Part shown: positions 18,588 through 27,967 of the stretch, piece by piece
Position numbering within the stretch: the first letter of the stretch is position 1
Layout of the letters: each line of letters starts with the position of its first letter
Sequence record: OR050627.1
Direction: 5' to 3' (one strand)
DNA length: 64,000 nucleotides
The notes under the pieces: generated by a model
Told to the model about the DNA's origin: nothing
The model's input: only the letters and a program-made list of their open reading frames with translations
Database searches by the model: none
Translations under genes and position numbers: made by a program

Positions 18588-19212
18588 AACAATTAAAAGC
18601 GCTATAGTTATTACAACAATTGCGCTTTTTGCGTTTGGATGCGGTGCACGTAAAGTCGATCTTTCAAAACATAAGGAAGTTGAAACTACTGAATATGCCA
18701 AAGAAAACGTAAAGCAAACAGAAAGTAACGTACAGACTAACGTTACGCAGAGCGAAAAGAACGTAACTACTAAGCAAACAGAAGCTACGAAGAGCGAAAA
18801 GGCTGATAATACTGAGCTAAACATAACAATTGAACCTTCAGGAAAAGGTGAAGTTGCTGAGTATGAATTTGTATTTGGTGACAAAGTTTTCAAAGGCAAA
18901 ACGTCAGGTAAGCTAATAGTTTCCAACAAAACTGGAACTAACGTTAAGGACGAAAAGAACGTTAGTAACGAAAATGCTAACAACGAAAAGAACGCTAGCG
19001 ACAATAGCGTAAGTAACGTAAAAGCTTCAGAAGCAAACAAAGAGTCTGGCTCTAGCGAAAATAAAGTAGAAGACAAAACTAAAAACACTGACAAAAAGGA
19101 ACCGTTTATTTTCAATTTCATGTCAGGCCTAGCCATTGTAGCAGGTGTTGCTATACTAGGATTCCTTGTCTACTTAGTATTACTTAGATTTGGATTGATT
19201 AAAAGAACATAG
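18580..19212 (+). CDS. Unimolecular spanin (u-spanin) candidate
   Basis: N-terminal lipobox LFAFGC, polar T/N/K/E/S-rich linker, C-terminal TM plus basic tail; lies in the lysis module. Confidence 0.75.
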   Translation: MIKTIKSAIVITTIALFAFGCGARKVDLSKHKEVETTEYAKENVKQTESNVQTNVTQSEKNVTTKQTEATKSEKADNTELNITIEPSGKGEVAEYEFVFGDKVFKGKTSGKLIVSNKTGTNVKDEKNVSNENANNEKNASDNSVSNVKASEANKESGSSENKVEDKTKNTDKKEPFIFNFMSGLAIVAGVAILGFLVYLVLLRFGLIKRT

Positions 19213-19277
19213 TATAAATTAAAGTAAATATGCGGTCATATATGTATAATAAATTCACAATATAAAACAAATATATT

Positions 19278-19793
19278 ATGAGCAATACATTAGCCTTACC
19301 GGATAGCAAGCGGTTTGCAGACAACAAAATCATTCATTCATTATTCCGTAACTATATCGGAATATATCATTACAGTGGCCCTTCGCCAAAATCTCCAGAT
19401 GCTAAACAAACTAAAAAGTTTAGTGAACATGGCTATCAAATGGTAAACAGAGAGGACGGCAAACCTTCACATTTTTACATTTTTGACCCTACAGATGATC
19501 CTAATAATTATTTCAGACTGCAGATAATTTGGGCCTTTGATACAATTAATCGCATACTTAAACATTATGACCTGTCAGTAACTTTTGAATTTATTGACGT
19601 AGACTTTTGGCAATTCTTTTATTCTGAGTTTTTGAATAAACCTGCAGCTGAATCTAAACGATATAAATTTGTGGAAGGTTTAAGAGGTTTTGCATCGCAA
19701 ACACGAGGATTAGCATCTTACGGTTATACAATTAATGATGTTTTAGCTTTTGAAAAAGTACAATTATCAAAATACAGACTTAATAAAAGATAA
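19278..19793 (+). CDS. Hypothetical protein
   Basis: 171-aa ORF with A-rich leader. Confidence 0.7.
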   Translation: MSNTLALPDSKRFADNKIIHSLFRNYIGIYHYSGPSPKSPDAKQTKKFSEHGYQMVNREDGKPSHFYIFDPTDDPNNYFRLQIIWAFDTINRILKHYDLSVTFEFIDVDFWQFFYSEFLNKPAAESKRYKFVEGLRGFASQTRGLASYGYTINDVLAFEKVQLSKYRLNKR

Positions 19794-19890
19794 CCGGCCC
19801 CGCTAAGCGTTGATTTGGAATTATGCCTTATCTGTAATACGCCTTAGCCGAGCAATCTTGGCAGGTAGGTACCACTGGGCCAAGCGTTAT
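19794..19890 (+). ncRNA. Candidate structured RNA element
   Basis: GC-richer non-coding island with nested complementary segments (GGCCC/GGGCC, GCTAAG/CTTAGC, CTTGGC with GCCGAG or GCCAAG). Confidence 0.3.
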
Positions 19891-19895
19891 TTATA

Positions 19896-19926
19896 AGCCT
19901 AGCACTCAAAAAGTGCTAGGCTTTTT
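19896..19926 (+). terminator. Rho-independent terminator
   Basis: AAGCCTAGCACT-caaaa-AGTGCTAGGCTT plus T run. Confidence 0.85.
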
Positions 19927-19945
19927 GCGTTAAAAATGTTGAAAA

Positions 19946-19991
19946 TAGTTGCATAAAAATTTTCAGATGTCAAATAATTGTTATATATTTG
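19946..19991 (+). promoter_or_regulatory. Conserved phage promoter
   Basis: TAGTTG 19946, ATGTC 19967, TATATTTG 19984. Confidence 0.75.
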
Positions 19992-20062
19992 TATTATAAA
20001 ATTAAGGTAATAACATACAATTGATAAAATCATAAACAACTAATTTTTAAAACATTCATAAA

Positions 20063-20926
20063 ATGAACAAATTCACAGAAAGCCTAGATAAATTCAGGCT
20101 TAACCCAGAACAACTACAAAACCTAATTTGGGCGTTAAACAAAAGATATGACGCGGAACCTGCAGTAAACAATCCTAAACAAATGACTACTGTCGACGTC
20201 GGCATGCTGTATGGAAATTATGCATTTACTAGCAACTACAGACGTATGGCAAATGCTTTAATAAAAGATGCTAAAATTGTAGGCGACTATCCTCACTTCT
20301 TTACTGAAATTGATGATTCCAGGGAGTTCTTTACTACGCATTTAACGTCTAAACTTTCGCATCGTAGCTGCAAAGCTAACGCGACTATCGTAGACAAAGA
20401 TTACCTTGAAGATGTATACTTCATAGAGTTAAAACGACTTTACACTGCGCTTTTCGTAAAATCATTTGTAGATGGGCGACTTGAAGTTGATTTGAATGGA
20501 TTTAAGGAATTGTACATTGCATTGCATTTACACTTAGAAGACTTCAAGCAATATGACGAATTGCGTAAAACTAACACTGCATATATGGCTAGGTATATTA
20601 TGAATGCATTTTACGGAGTTATTTGCGGCAAAGCCAATGCAAAAGTATTCCAAATTTCAGGACATACTCAACCAATATTCTACGACTTCTACAAAAAGCT
20701 TAATGAAATTGTACCAACCGAAAAGCTAATTATGCTTTCTACTGACGATTTATGGCTGCCGCAAACAAATGAATCATTGGAAATTCTTAAAAAAATGATT
20801 ACGTTATGCGAAGACTACGGTGTACACATGGACTTTAGCAAACTTAGACATTACAAAGTTGAACGTAACATTCTACGTAGAACTTTAGGAATTCCTGCAA
20901 ACAGACCTAACAAAAACACCAGATAA
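20063..20926 (+). CDS. Degenerate family-B DNA polymerase palm/fingers-like protein
   Basis: Ordered motifs VDVGMLYG (cf. DxxSLYP), RYIMNAFYG (cf. KxxxNSxYG), LSTDD (cf. DTDS); no exonuclease or thumb. Confidence 0.55.
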   Translation: MNKFTESLDKFRLNPEQLQNLIWALNKRYDAEPAVNNPKQMTTVDVGMLYGNYAFTSNYRRMANALIKDAKIVGDYPHFFTEIDDSREFFTTHLTSKLSHRSCKANATIVDKDYLEDVYFIELKRLYTALFVKSFVDGRLEVDLNGFKELYIALHLHLEDFKQYDELRKTNTAYMARYIMNAFYGVICGKANAKVFQISGHTQPIFYDFYKKLNEIVPTEKLIMLSTDDLWLPQTNESLEILKKMITLCEDYGVHMDFSKLRHYKVERNILRRTLGIPANRPNKNTR

Positions 20927-20930
20927 TATC

Positions 20931-21809
20931 ATGACAAAGAATATCGAACTTTTACAAAAAGAGGCTAAATCATGTCCAAGACTAATTAAGCCGTTTACTA
21001 CCGTACATAATGCATTAAAGCAAGCATTGTTTGCTGGCCATAAGAAATTCAAACTTTACAAAGTCGAAGCATTCGACATTTACAAAAATAACCTTGCTGA
21101 CGATGACTATGAAGTTATGATTGACAATTTGGCTAACAATGCGTCGACTAATTGTGACAACTGGGATAACTACGCATCTTATGTTACTAAACAATCAGTT
21201 ATTAGGGCAATTTCGACAAGAGTTATTGCGTTTACTAAAGCAGAGCCTCATAGATTGCCTTACGTTACTGGTGTTCTTGGAGGCAAAAGCGTAACGTTAG
21301 CTAACGTAACAGCATATGTACGCAAGCATATTGAAGAGGTTGACATGTCCAAAGTTACACTTAATGTTGCCGAAGAAAACAAAGATACTGCTTACGAAAA
21401 ATGCAACAAAATTTTAGCATCCGGCGAATATGGCTTAATTGCTTTGGGCACTACTACATTTGCAATAGTTAAACGTCTAAAAGGTGGAAAATTCGATGTA
21501 GCGTACAATGTTAACGTAATATTCAATCCTGTAGCTGAAATTTACGCAGTAATGGTACAAACTCCTGAACAATTTAAAGAATCTAGCGATGAATACTTAT
21601 TTGCATTTACATCTGAAGAGCCTACTGCTTTGCTAACTATACTTAACATTTACTACGTTAAGCCTTCCATTGAATTAAAAAGTCATTCATGTATCTGCGG
21701 ATTTAAGCCGGAACGTACTACGTTAGAAACGTTCTACCGCATAACGCAAGGACTGCTTGAACATACTTTGATTAACTTTGGAAATGTTGAATATGGATCG
21801 CTATCATAG
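20931..21809 (+). CDS. Hypothetical protein
   Basis: 292-aa ORF in operon. Confidence 0.7.
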   Translation: MTKNIELLQKEAKSCPRLIKPFTTVHNALKQALFAGHKKFKLYKVEAFDIYKNNLADDDYEVMIDNLANNASTNCDNWDNYASYVTKQSVIRAISTRVIAFTKAEPHRLPYVTGVLGGKSVTLANVTAYVRKHIEEVDMSKVTLNVAEENKDTAYEKCNKILASGEYGLIALGTTTFAIVKRLKGGKFDVAYNVNVIFNPVAEIYAVMVQTPEQFKESSDEYLFAFTSEEPTALLTILNIYYVKPSIELKSHSCICGFKPERTTLETFYRITQGLLEHTLINFGNVEYGSLS

Positions 21810-22524
21810 ACAAACATACGACAGCCTGGCGGAACGCACTACAACGTACCGCCAGGCTAAATATAAAGCTTTTACGTCACTTAGCCAAACTGACTTAACG
21901 TTATGGGCGTTATACAAACAAGACGTAAACGCTTTTAGATTGTATAGCTTTGAAATGGCTGGACATAAATATTTTGTAACACATGACGATAATAGCAACT
22001 TAGAGTTGTTACGTCAACAATGTATTGCATATGGACTTATGTACTTTCATGCAGCTTGGCTACACAGTACGTTACGTAGAGAAGGTTTTACGTTAACTGA
22101 GTTAACGCCGGATAACTACAAACTAACAGGAACTAAATTGTTTGACTCTACATTAGCTAAGTCAGATGTCGCTGATATTATCGTACAAAATTCAGCATTG
22201 CGTCTTATTAGAGCTAGTTCGGCTAATGGAAGTTTTGCGCATAGCATAAACATTTACAACAAAAAGGTTATCATAACGTCACGCTATCATACGTCAAATG
22301 TTTATGACTTTGAATGCTTTATGCATATGATGCTTTTTATGGCTCGCTATGAAACGTTTTATGCTTTAAGCTTTATAAAAAATATGAAGAATTTTGGTAG
22401 ACGATTTATAGCAGATCGTGATAACGTCATAGATTTTTTGACATATGGCGATGTAGTAATAGATCACCTCAACAAATCCAAAATTTCATACAAAACACTA
22501 CAAAACAATGTCGACACAATATAA
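21778..22524 (+). CDS. Hypothetical protein (start may be ATG 21793)
   Basis: 248-aa ORF overlapping neighbours. Confidence 0.7.
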   Translation: MEMLNMDRYHRQTYDSLAERTTTYRQAKYKAFTSLSQTDLTLWALYKQDVNAFRLYSFEMAGHKYFVTHDDNSNLELLRQQCIAYGLMYFHAAWLHSTLRREGFTLTELTPDNYKLTGTKLFDSTLAKSDVADIIVQNSALRLIRASSANGSFAHSINIYNKKVIITSRYHTSNVYDFECFMHMMLFMARYETFYALSFIKNMKNFGRRFIADRDNVIDFLTYGDVVIDHLNKSKISYKTLQNNVDTI

Positions 22525-23053
22525 AGTAATTTGCGGTACTGGCCACAGACCAGACAAGCTAGGAGGTTATGACAACCAAGCAGCACACGACTGCCTAGTG
22601 CATTTGTTAATTGATGCTTTACGTGAAATAGAACCTGAATTAGTAATTGTTGGCATGGCTCAAGGTTTTGACCAAGCATTAGCCGAAGCTGCATATGAAT
22701 TAGACATTCCGTTTATTGCAGCACTACCATACAAAGGTCAGGAGTTACGTTGGCCACAAAAAGCTCAACGGCATTATAACTATTTGCTAAGTTTAGCAAA
22801 AGCTATAACAATTGTTAATGAAGGCGACTATAAACCATGGTTCATGCAAACTAGAAATAAATTTATGGTAGACAATAGCCAGGCAGTTTTGACAATTTGG
22901 GATGGCACGTCTGGCGGAACTTGCAATACAATTGAGTATGCCTCTGGCATGCACAAAAACAATGATTTTGTGTATACTAAACAAAATGAAAAACCAATAA
23001 TCAACATATACGACAAATGGAAAACCAAATACAACTCAAAAACCGGACATTAA
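22508..23053 (+). CDS. SLOG-superfamily protein, YspA/DUF1273-like
   Basis: TGHRP, GMAQGFD, PYKGQE.RW, RNKFMVD, WDG..GGT.NT motifs. Confidence 0.85.
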   Translation: MSTQYKVICGTGHRPDKLGGYDNQAAHDCLVHLLIDALREIEPELVIVGMAQGFDQALAEAAYELDIPFIAALPYKGQELRWPQKAQRHYNYLLSLAKAITIVNEGDYKPWFMQTRNKFMVDNSQAVLTIWDGTSGGTCNTIEYASGMHKNNDFVYTKQNEKPIINIYDKWKTKYNSKTGH

Positions 23054-23592
23054 ACGCTTTCGTAAACAAATCTGCTAAACGACAAGATCACGAATACATT
23101 ACATCGGATTGCCTTTATTTAGGTAGTATCACATCATCTACAATAGATTTATGGCTAGGCTTCGACTACAAAGACCCATCTGGATTAGTAGGATTTGCTA
23201 CATTAAATGCCGATGACGAAGCTTTTCAAGTACGTATAGATCATGACGATTCTGAGTATGGCACGTTAGCCGATGAGCACGAATATATAGCGCTTACTGA
23301 AATTCGTAAGCGTGCAGTAGCGCTTAACTTAATTAGCGAAGAGTATTTGAAACTTAACGTTAAGATACATGCAACAAAGGCTGTATGGCTAAAACAAAAT
23401 GGCTGGATTAGAATTGGCGACTATTGGTCGTTACAATATACTAATGGTCCAGGTAGACCGCCGCAGTACGGAACTGATCAAGCATATTACGTTGCAGTGT
23501 TGTCAAGGATTAAACTTGATAATGAAATTCGTTCAACGTTACGAAAGCAAATAGAGGACCAACAAGAACAGTACAAAAAACAAACAAAATAG
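23017..23592 (+). CDS. Hypothetical protein
   Basis: 191-aa ORF. Confidence 0.7.
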   Translation: MENQIQLKNRTLNAFVNKSAKRQDHEYITSDCLYLGSITSSTIDLWLGFDYKDPSGLVGFATLNADDEAFQVRIDHDDSEYGTLADEHEYIALTEIRKRAVALNLISEEYLKLNVKIHATKAVWLKQNGWIRIGDYWSLQYTNGPGRPPQYGTDQAYYVAVLSRIKLDNEIRSTLRKQIEDQQEQYKKQTK

Positions 23593-23604
23593 TACAATAG
23601 CAAC

Positions 23605-24108
23605 ATGACAAAACAACAACAATTAGAAAAGCTAGAATGCAAAGTTATCGAATGGGCAGATGCTCGTAATATGTTTGACAAAGACAACGGAGGCACGATA
23701 ACAACACAATTATTCAAATTAGTAGAGGAACAGGGCGAAGCATTTTCAGCAAAACTTAAAAACAAGCAGGATTTATTAAAGGACGGTACTGGTGACCAGA
23801 AAGTATGTCTCATAAATATGAAAAAGTTATTTGAGGAATTTGGCCTTGGCCAGGTTGACAGACTTGAACTTTGGGAAAAGTTAAGACTACTTCAATTAGC
23901 TACAATAGGTAAAATTGCAGAAAGTATTTTGACTGACGACAACATTGGTGTAAGCGAGGGTATCAATTCACTTGATGATATTCTAAAAGACTTGGCTGAG
24001 GCTGATGGCCTTGACTTCCTTGAATGCCTTGGTATAGCTTACGACGAAATTAAAAATCGTAAAGGCAAGATGGTTAACCGAACTTTTGTTAAAGAATCTG
24101 ACCTTTAG
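23605..24108 (+). CDS. MazG-like all-alpha NTP pyrophosphohydrolase
   Basis: WADARN, QLFKLVEEQGE, KDGTGD, ECL..AYDEIK.RKGKMVN..FVKESD pattern of phage MazG-like proteins. Confidence 0.8.
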   Translation: MTKQQQLEKLECKVIEWADARNMFDKDNGGTITTQLFKLVEEQGEAFSAKLKNKQDLLKDGTGDQKVCLINMKKLFEEFGLGQVDRLELWEKLRLLQLATIGKIAESILTDDNIGVSEGINSLDDILKDLAEADGLDFLECLGIAYDEIKNRKGKMVNRTFVKESDL

Positions 24109-24132
24109 CAACCTTATTTAAAATGAATATAA

Positions 24133-24198
24133 ATTGCAACTATTTTCAAAAATAGTTGCAATTTTGTTTTTATATGTCATAAAAATTGATTAATTTTA
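24133..24198 (+). promoter_or_regulatory. Hairpin plus conserved phage promoter
   Basis: TTGCAACTATTTT/AAATAGTTGCAA hairpin containing TAGTTG 24153; ATGTC 24174; TAATTTTA 24191. Confidence 0.7.
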
Positions 24199-24240
24199 TA
24201 CTATCAAAATAAAACAATAACAATTTAAAACTTTAAAACA

Positions 24241-24651
24241 ATGGCAAAATTAAGATTTATCGCAATGGGAAGAGACCCACTTAATGTATTAGGAGGTTAT
24301 TATAACCAGGAGGCTGCCAAGAATCTTTGTAAATCGGCAAAGATTATGAACGAAGGTTCACAAACATATGGCCATAAAGAATTGGCTGACAACAAAAAGT
24401 CATACTTCTACGATCATACAACTAATGTACATTTATTGACTAACGATGGTGTAGCTATAGAGTTCTCAACGTTAACAACAACTTACGTTAATACATCACA
24501 GAAGTTACCGTTAGGCCCAAGAACTTCACTAAAAGAAGCTTCATTGAAAATTGATGGCATTCCTGTAGAGGCATTACCTCATGAATTGTTTCTGAACAAC
24601 AGAGATAGTTTAGTGCATTTAATTGAAAACTTAGTAAAATTAACAAAATAA
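24241..24651 (+). CDS. Hypothetical protein
   Basis: 136-aa ORF behind promoter. Confidence 0.7.
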   Translation: MAKLRFIAMGRDPLNVLGGYYNQEAAKNLCKSAKIMNEGSQTYGHKELADNKKSYFYDHTTNVHLLTNDGVAIEFSTLTTTYVNTSQKLPLGPRTSLKEASLKIDGIPVEALPHELFLNNRDSLVHLIENLVKLTK

Positions 24652-24657
24652 ACAACA

Positions 24658-24690
24658 AAAAGCCAGAACATTACTAACGTTCTGGCTTTT
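24658..24690 (+). terminator. Rho-independent terminator
   Basis: AAAAGCCAGAAC...GTTCTGGCTTTT. Confidence 0.75.
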
Positions 24691-24703
24691 AAATGCAAAG
24701 CAT

Positions 24704-25159
24704 ATGGAAGCTACAAACAACATAGCGTTCGACTACAATTACGTAAGTACGTTACTAACGCCATACTATGATAAGCCAGGCAAACTAACTATGCCAGCAT
24801 CAGATACTACAGGACTGCAACTTGGAATAAACCAAGGAGGTCACACTAAATTTTTTGTACATGATAACAAAATTTCATTTATTCATAACGGAACAAATTA
24901 CGCTGCGGTACAGGATTTTGAGTATATGCTAAACAAAACTACGCAGAATTTGTTGAAAATATCTTGTCTAGACTATAACAAATTGGACCCTGAAAAATTT
25001 AAGGGCATACATAGTGGCTACAATGCTTTGCGTGATGGATTGCTTGAATATTTTAGCATACAACTATGTGCAATTTATTTTGACGACATTAAGTCAATGG
25101 AGGTTAGCCAAGAAGGCTTTGTAGTTAATGATGTTCAATTTAAACTTTCTAAAAAATAG
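24704..25159 (+). CDS. Hypothetical protein
   Basis: 151-aa ORF. Confidence 0.7.
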   Translation: MEATNNIAFDYNYVSTLLTPYYDKPGKLTMPASDTTGLQLGINQGGHTKFFVHDNKISFIHNGTNYAAVQDFEYMLNKTTQNLLKISCLDYNKLDPEKFKGIHSGYNALRDGLLEYFSIQLCAIYFDDIKSMEVSQEGFVVNDVQFKLSKK

Positions 25160-25202
25160 TTGCCAAAATATTTTCATATGTCGTTTATTTTGATTAATTT
25201 TA
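25157..25202 (+). promoter_or_regulatory. Conserved phage promoter
   Basis: TAGTTG 25157, ATGTC 25178, TAATTTTA 25195. Confidence 0.7.
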
Positions 25203-25254
25203 CTATAACAAAATAACAATATACACAAAGTGTAATTGCTAAAGCATAAAAATT

Positions 25255-25503
25255 ATGATTAACGAAGAACTTACAACAGATCACTTTAAAGGACTTCCAA
25301 AATTTGGAACTTGTAAAGTAGGAATGCGAATTGAATGTTTAGATACATTTGGTGACCCAATAAAGGAAATTTCAGGAGTTATACTTGAACTTTCAGAAGA
25401 CAAAAAAGAAGCTTTAATTCAGTCAAGCTATGGCTTTGGAAAGCTACGTACATCTAAAATGCTGTACAACAGAATCAAACAAATTAACCAACAAGAATAT
25501 TAG
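25255..25503 (+). CDS. Hypothetical protein
   Basis: 82-aa ORF behind promoter. Confidence 0.65.
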   Translation: MINEELTTDHFKGLPKFGTCKVGMRIECLDTFGDPIKEISGVILELSEDKKEALIQSSYGFGKLRTSKMLYNRIKQINQQEY

Positions 25504-25507
25504 TATT

Positions 25508-26623
25508 ATGTTTATCTACCCGCTACACGAAGACCCTAAGCAGTCAGTTAAATATTTAACCGACTTCCATATAAAGAAACACGTTAAGTCAGTAACTAAG
25601 CTTTTGTTAGCGCACTTAGTAGCTAACGAAAGTGAAATTTACGATGAGGTTCCTGCACATTTGAAATTTTTTAAGTTTGAAAAGGAAATTAACAAAACTG
25701 AGGAATGGCTTAACGAAAGCATGGCTAACGTACATTGGTTGCTAATTTATGGCACAGCAATGTTCGATGAGTACAAATTTAGATTTGGCAAAGACTATAA
25801 ATACTTGAAAATTTGGTCTGAATTAATGTCGTTAGTTTATGGTGCTGCAATGAAGCATTACAAAGACTTGATATACGAAGACCATACGTCATTCCTGCTA
25901 ACAATTCCGGATATGTATGTCGTTTACGAAGAACCTGTTGATTGTTACAGATACTTCTATGTTCATGCAAGACTTTCTGGTGATAAAAGCGTTAAGTGGA
26001 CAAAAGGTACTCCGCCAGACTTCCTAGATCAAACAAAATACACTCAGGAAATCGACTCTTTTGAAGGAGGTACTAAATTGGCTAAGATGGTTGCTAAATA
26101 CAAAGATTCTGCAGTATCTGCCGAGGAAAAGGACATGATTCTAGGCTTTATACAAAAAGAAGCTGACAAGTTAAGAATGCCAGTAGAACGACTAATTTAT
26201 GATAAATTTGAAAAACGTAAATGGCATTTTTTCAGATGGTATACACAATTAGACAGTCAGCTGCTGACAAAATTAGCACTGCATTTATTTGGCGATATTC
26301 CTCAATACTATGGTTCACATAACAAAAAAGTTAAGGAATGGAAGTTCAAATTGACTGACATTGAAGCCATTAAACTTCGCGAATACTACGACTTCCATAG
26401 AGCTAAACTTTGGCAAGAATTCAAAAAGGTAGAGGATTCTATGGCTACTGCATATGCCGCAGCACAAGGCTTGGATATTAGTGAAAATGTAGACATTGAT
26501 TACGCTAACGATGACGACGATTACAAATCTAAGTCTACATCATTTTATGATCATGCTACTGCAGCCGGATTAACTATGGGTATGGAAAAACATACGTATA
26601 CTAAAACTTTAGGTAACAAGTAA
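25508..26623 (+). CDS. Divergent pyrimidine-dimer-glycosylase-like domain fused to a C-terminal helical domain
   Basis: Likely start ATG 25508; MFIYPLHEDPKQSVKYLTDFHIKKHV aligns with the 28139 N-terminus; EYKFRFGK.Y and CYRYFY also shared. Confidence 0.6.
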   Translation: MFIYPLHEDPKQSVKYLTDFHIKKHVKSVTKLLLAHLVANESEIYDEVPAHLKFFKFEKEINKTEEWLNESMANVHWLLIYGTAMFDEYKFRFGKDYKYLKIWSELMSLVYGAAMKHYKDLIYEDHTSFLLTIPDMYVVYEEPVDCYRYFYVHARLSGDKSVKWTKGTPPDFLDQTKYTQEIDSFEGGTKLAKMVAKYKDSAVSAEEKDMILGFIQKEADKLRMPVERLIYDKFEKRKWHFFRWYTQLDSQLLTKLALHLFGDIPQYYGSHNKKVKEWKFKLTDIEAIKLREYYDFHRAKLWQEFKKVEDSMATAYAAAQGLDISENVDIDYANDDDDYKSKSTSFYDHATAAGLTMGMEKHTYTKTLGNK

Positions 26624-26705
26624 AACTAACACCATTTTAAATGGTGTATGTAAAAACACGTACAAATTGCTAGCAATTTGTGTAAATAAACAAATTACAA
26701 CAACA

Positions 26706-27005
26706 ATGAAAACATTTTTCAACTTCGTTAACGAATCTATAACAAATTATCCTAAAGTAGCGTCTACTGCAGATTTAGTTGCTGCATTACCAGGATTAGT
26801 TGCAGAAAAATCAAAAGTTCAAGAGGGCAAACTATATAACACTTTATTAGCCAAAAACAATGGCAGCGTAATTATAGAATTGCAAACTTCCAATGGCGCT
26901 GTTAAGGATGCTACTACTGAGGTTCTTGAATTTTATGCAAAAGTAAAATCATTCAAGTCGTATGAATATGACAGTAAAATGGGCATATTTATTGTACAAT
27001 TCTAA
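26706..27005 (+). CDS. Small candidate internal head protein
   Basis: Start ATG 26706; MKTFFNFVNES leader typical of protease-processed head proteins. Confidence 0.6.
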   Translation: MKTFFNFVNESITNYPKVASTADLVAALPGLVAEKSKVQEGKLYNTLLAKNNGSVIIELQTSNGAVKDATTEVLEFYAKVKSFKSYEYDSKMGIFIVQF

Positions 27006-27028
27006 CAACTTAAAAATCTAAAAATAAA

Positions 27029-27406
27029 ATGACATTTACCGAAATTTTCAGCGAAGAGATTATTGCGGAATTCAGAGCAGAATTGGCTAAAATTAAAAAA
27101 TCACAAAGCGTTAATATGTTCACCGAACCAGTTATTGATGCATACGAGGACATTCTGGAATGCATTGAAAATGGGTCAATAAATGATATTGACGAATTGG
27201 AGGACTACATAGACATTCATTACGGAAGTACTGAGGAGGACGACAATGAATATTTTATAATTTGCTCACTTACGCAATATGCTGATGGCGACTTCGACGA
27301 TGTTCACCAAATTTTCAAACAGGCCACATTATCCAAAAAGAAAATTAACCTTGAGGAGTTGTTAGCTGAAGAAGGTGATACGTTCGCATATGAAGACGAA
27401 TTCTAG
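27029..27406 (+). CDS. Hypothetical acidic protein
   Basis: 125-aa, D/E-rich ORF. Confidence 0.65.
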   Translation: MTFTEIFSEEIIAEFRAELAKIKKSQSVNMFTEPVIDAYEDILECIENGSINDIDELEDYIDIHYGSTEEDDNEYFIICSLTQYADGDFDDVHQIFKQATLSKKKINLEELLAEEGDTFAYEDEF

Positions 27407-27425
27407 GTAGCATAAAACCAAACAC

Positions 27426-27680
27426 ATGGCAGAGTTAAATACAAACGACACAATAATACTTTATGACATTTATGATTATAACGTAGTACCAATTGAAGTA
27501 GTCATGCAGATAAACGAAAATTATACTGCATGCATAAACCGATCAACAGATACACCAATAAAAATTTACAACAAACGTTTACTTGAGCTTTACACTAGCA
27601 AACGTGATGCGCTGGAAGCTTTACGTGAGCTTTTGTTGGCAAAGCTACAAGAAACTTTAGGACATATAAACGAACTTTAG
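27426..27680 (+). CDS. Hypothetical protein
   Basis: 84-aa ORF. Confidence 0.6.
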   Translation: MAELNTNDTIILYDIYDYNVVPIEVVMQINENYTACINRSTDTPIKIYNKRLLELYTSKRDALEALRELLLAKLQETLGHINEL

Positions 27681-27688
27681 AACAAACA

Positions 27689-27967
27689 ATGAAGATTTTA
27701 AAATTTTACGCTGATTGGTGCGGACCATGTAAAGCGTTAAGCAACGCACTAGCTGGAATTGAAGGCGACTTAGCAGAAAGAAATGTAAAGCTAGAAAACA
27801 TAAATGCTGATGACAAGGATGAACTTGCAGCAGATTTTGGCGTACGAGGATTGCCTACAACTTTAATCATTGCAGAAGATGGTGAAACTGTACTTTTCAG
27901 AAAGCCTGGAATGTATAGCAAAGAGGACCTTTTGGCAATTATAGATGAACTGCAAAAACCAAAATAA
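27689..27967 (+). CDS. trxA: Thioredoxin
   Basis: FYADWCGPCK active site and GLPT cis-Pro loop. Confidence 0.95.
   Translation: MKILKFYADWCGPCKALSNALAGIEGDLAERNVKLENINADDKDELAADFGVRGLPTTLIIAEDGETVLFRKPGMYSKEDLLAIIDELQKPK

Noticed and set aside
19801-19835. Pistol ribozyme (CTAAGCGTTGAT resembles its pseudoknot-P3 segment)
   Set aside because: The upstream P1 hairpin with the complementary loop and the AAATA linker are missing in the required order. No hammerhead or HDV core was found either.
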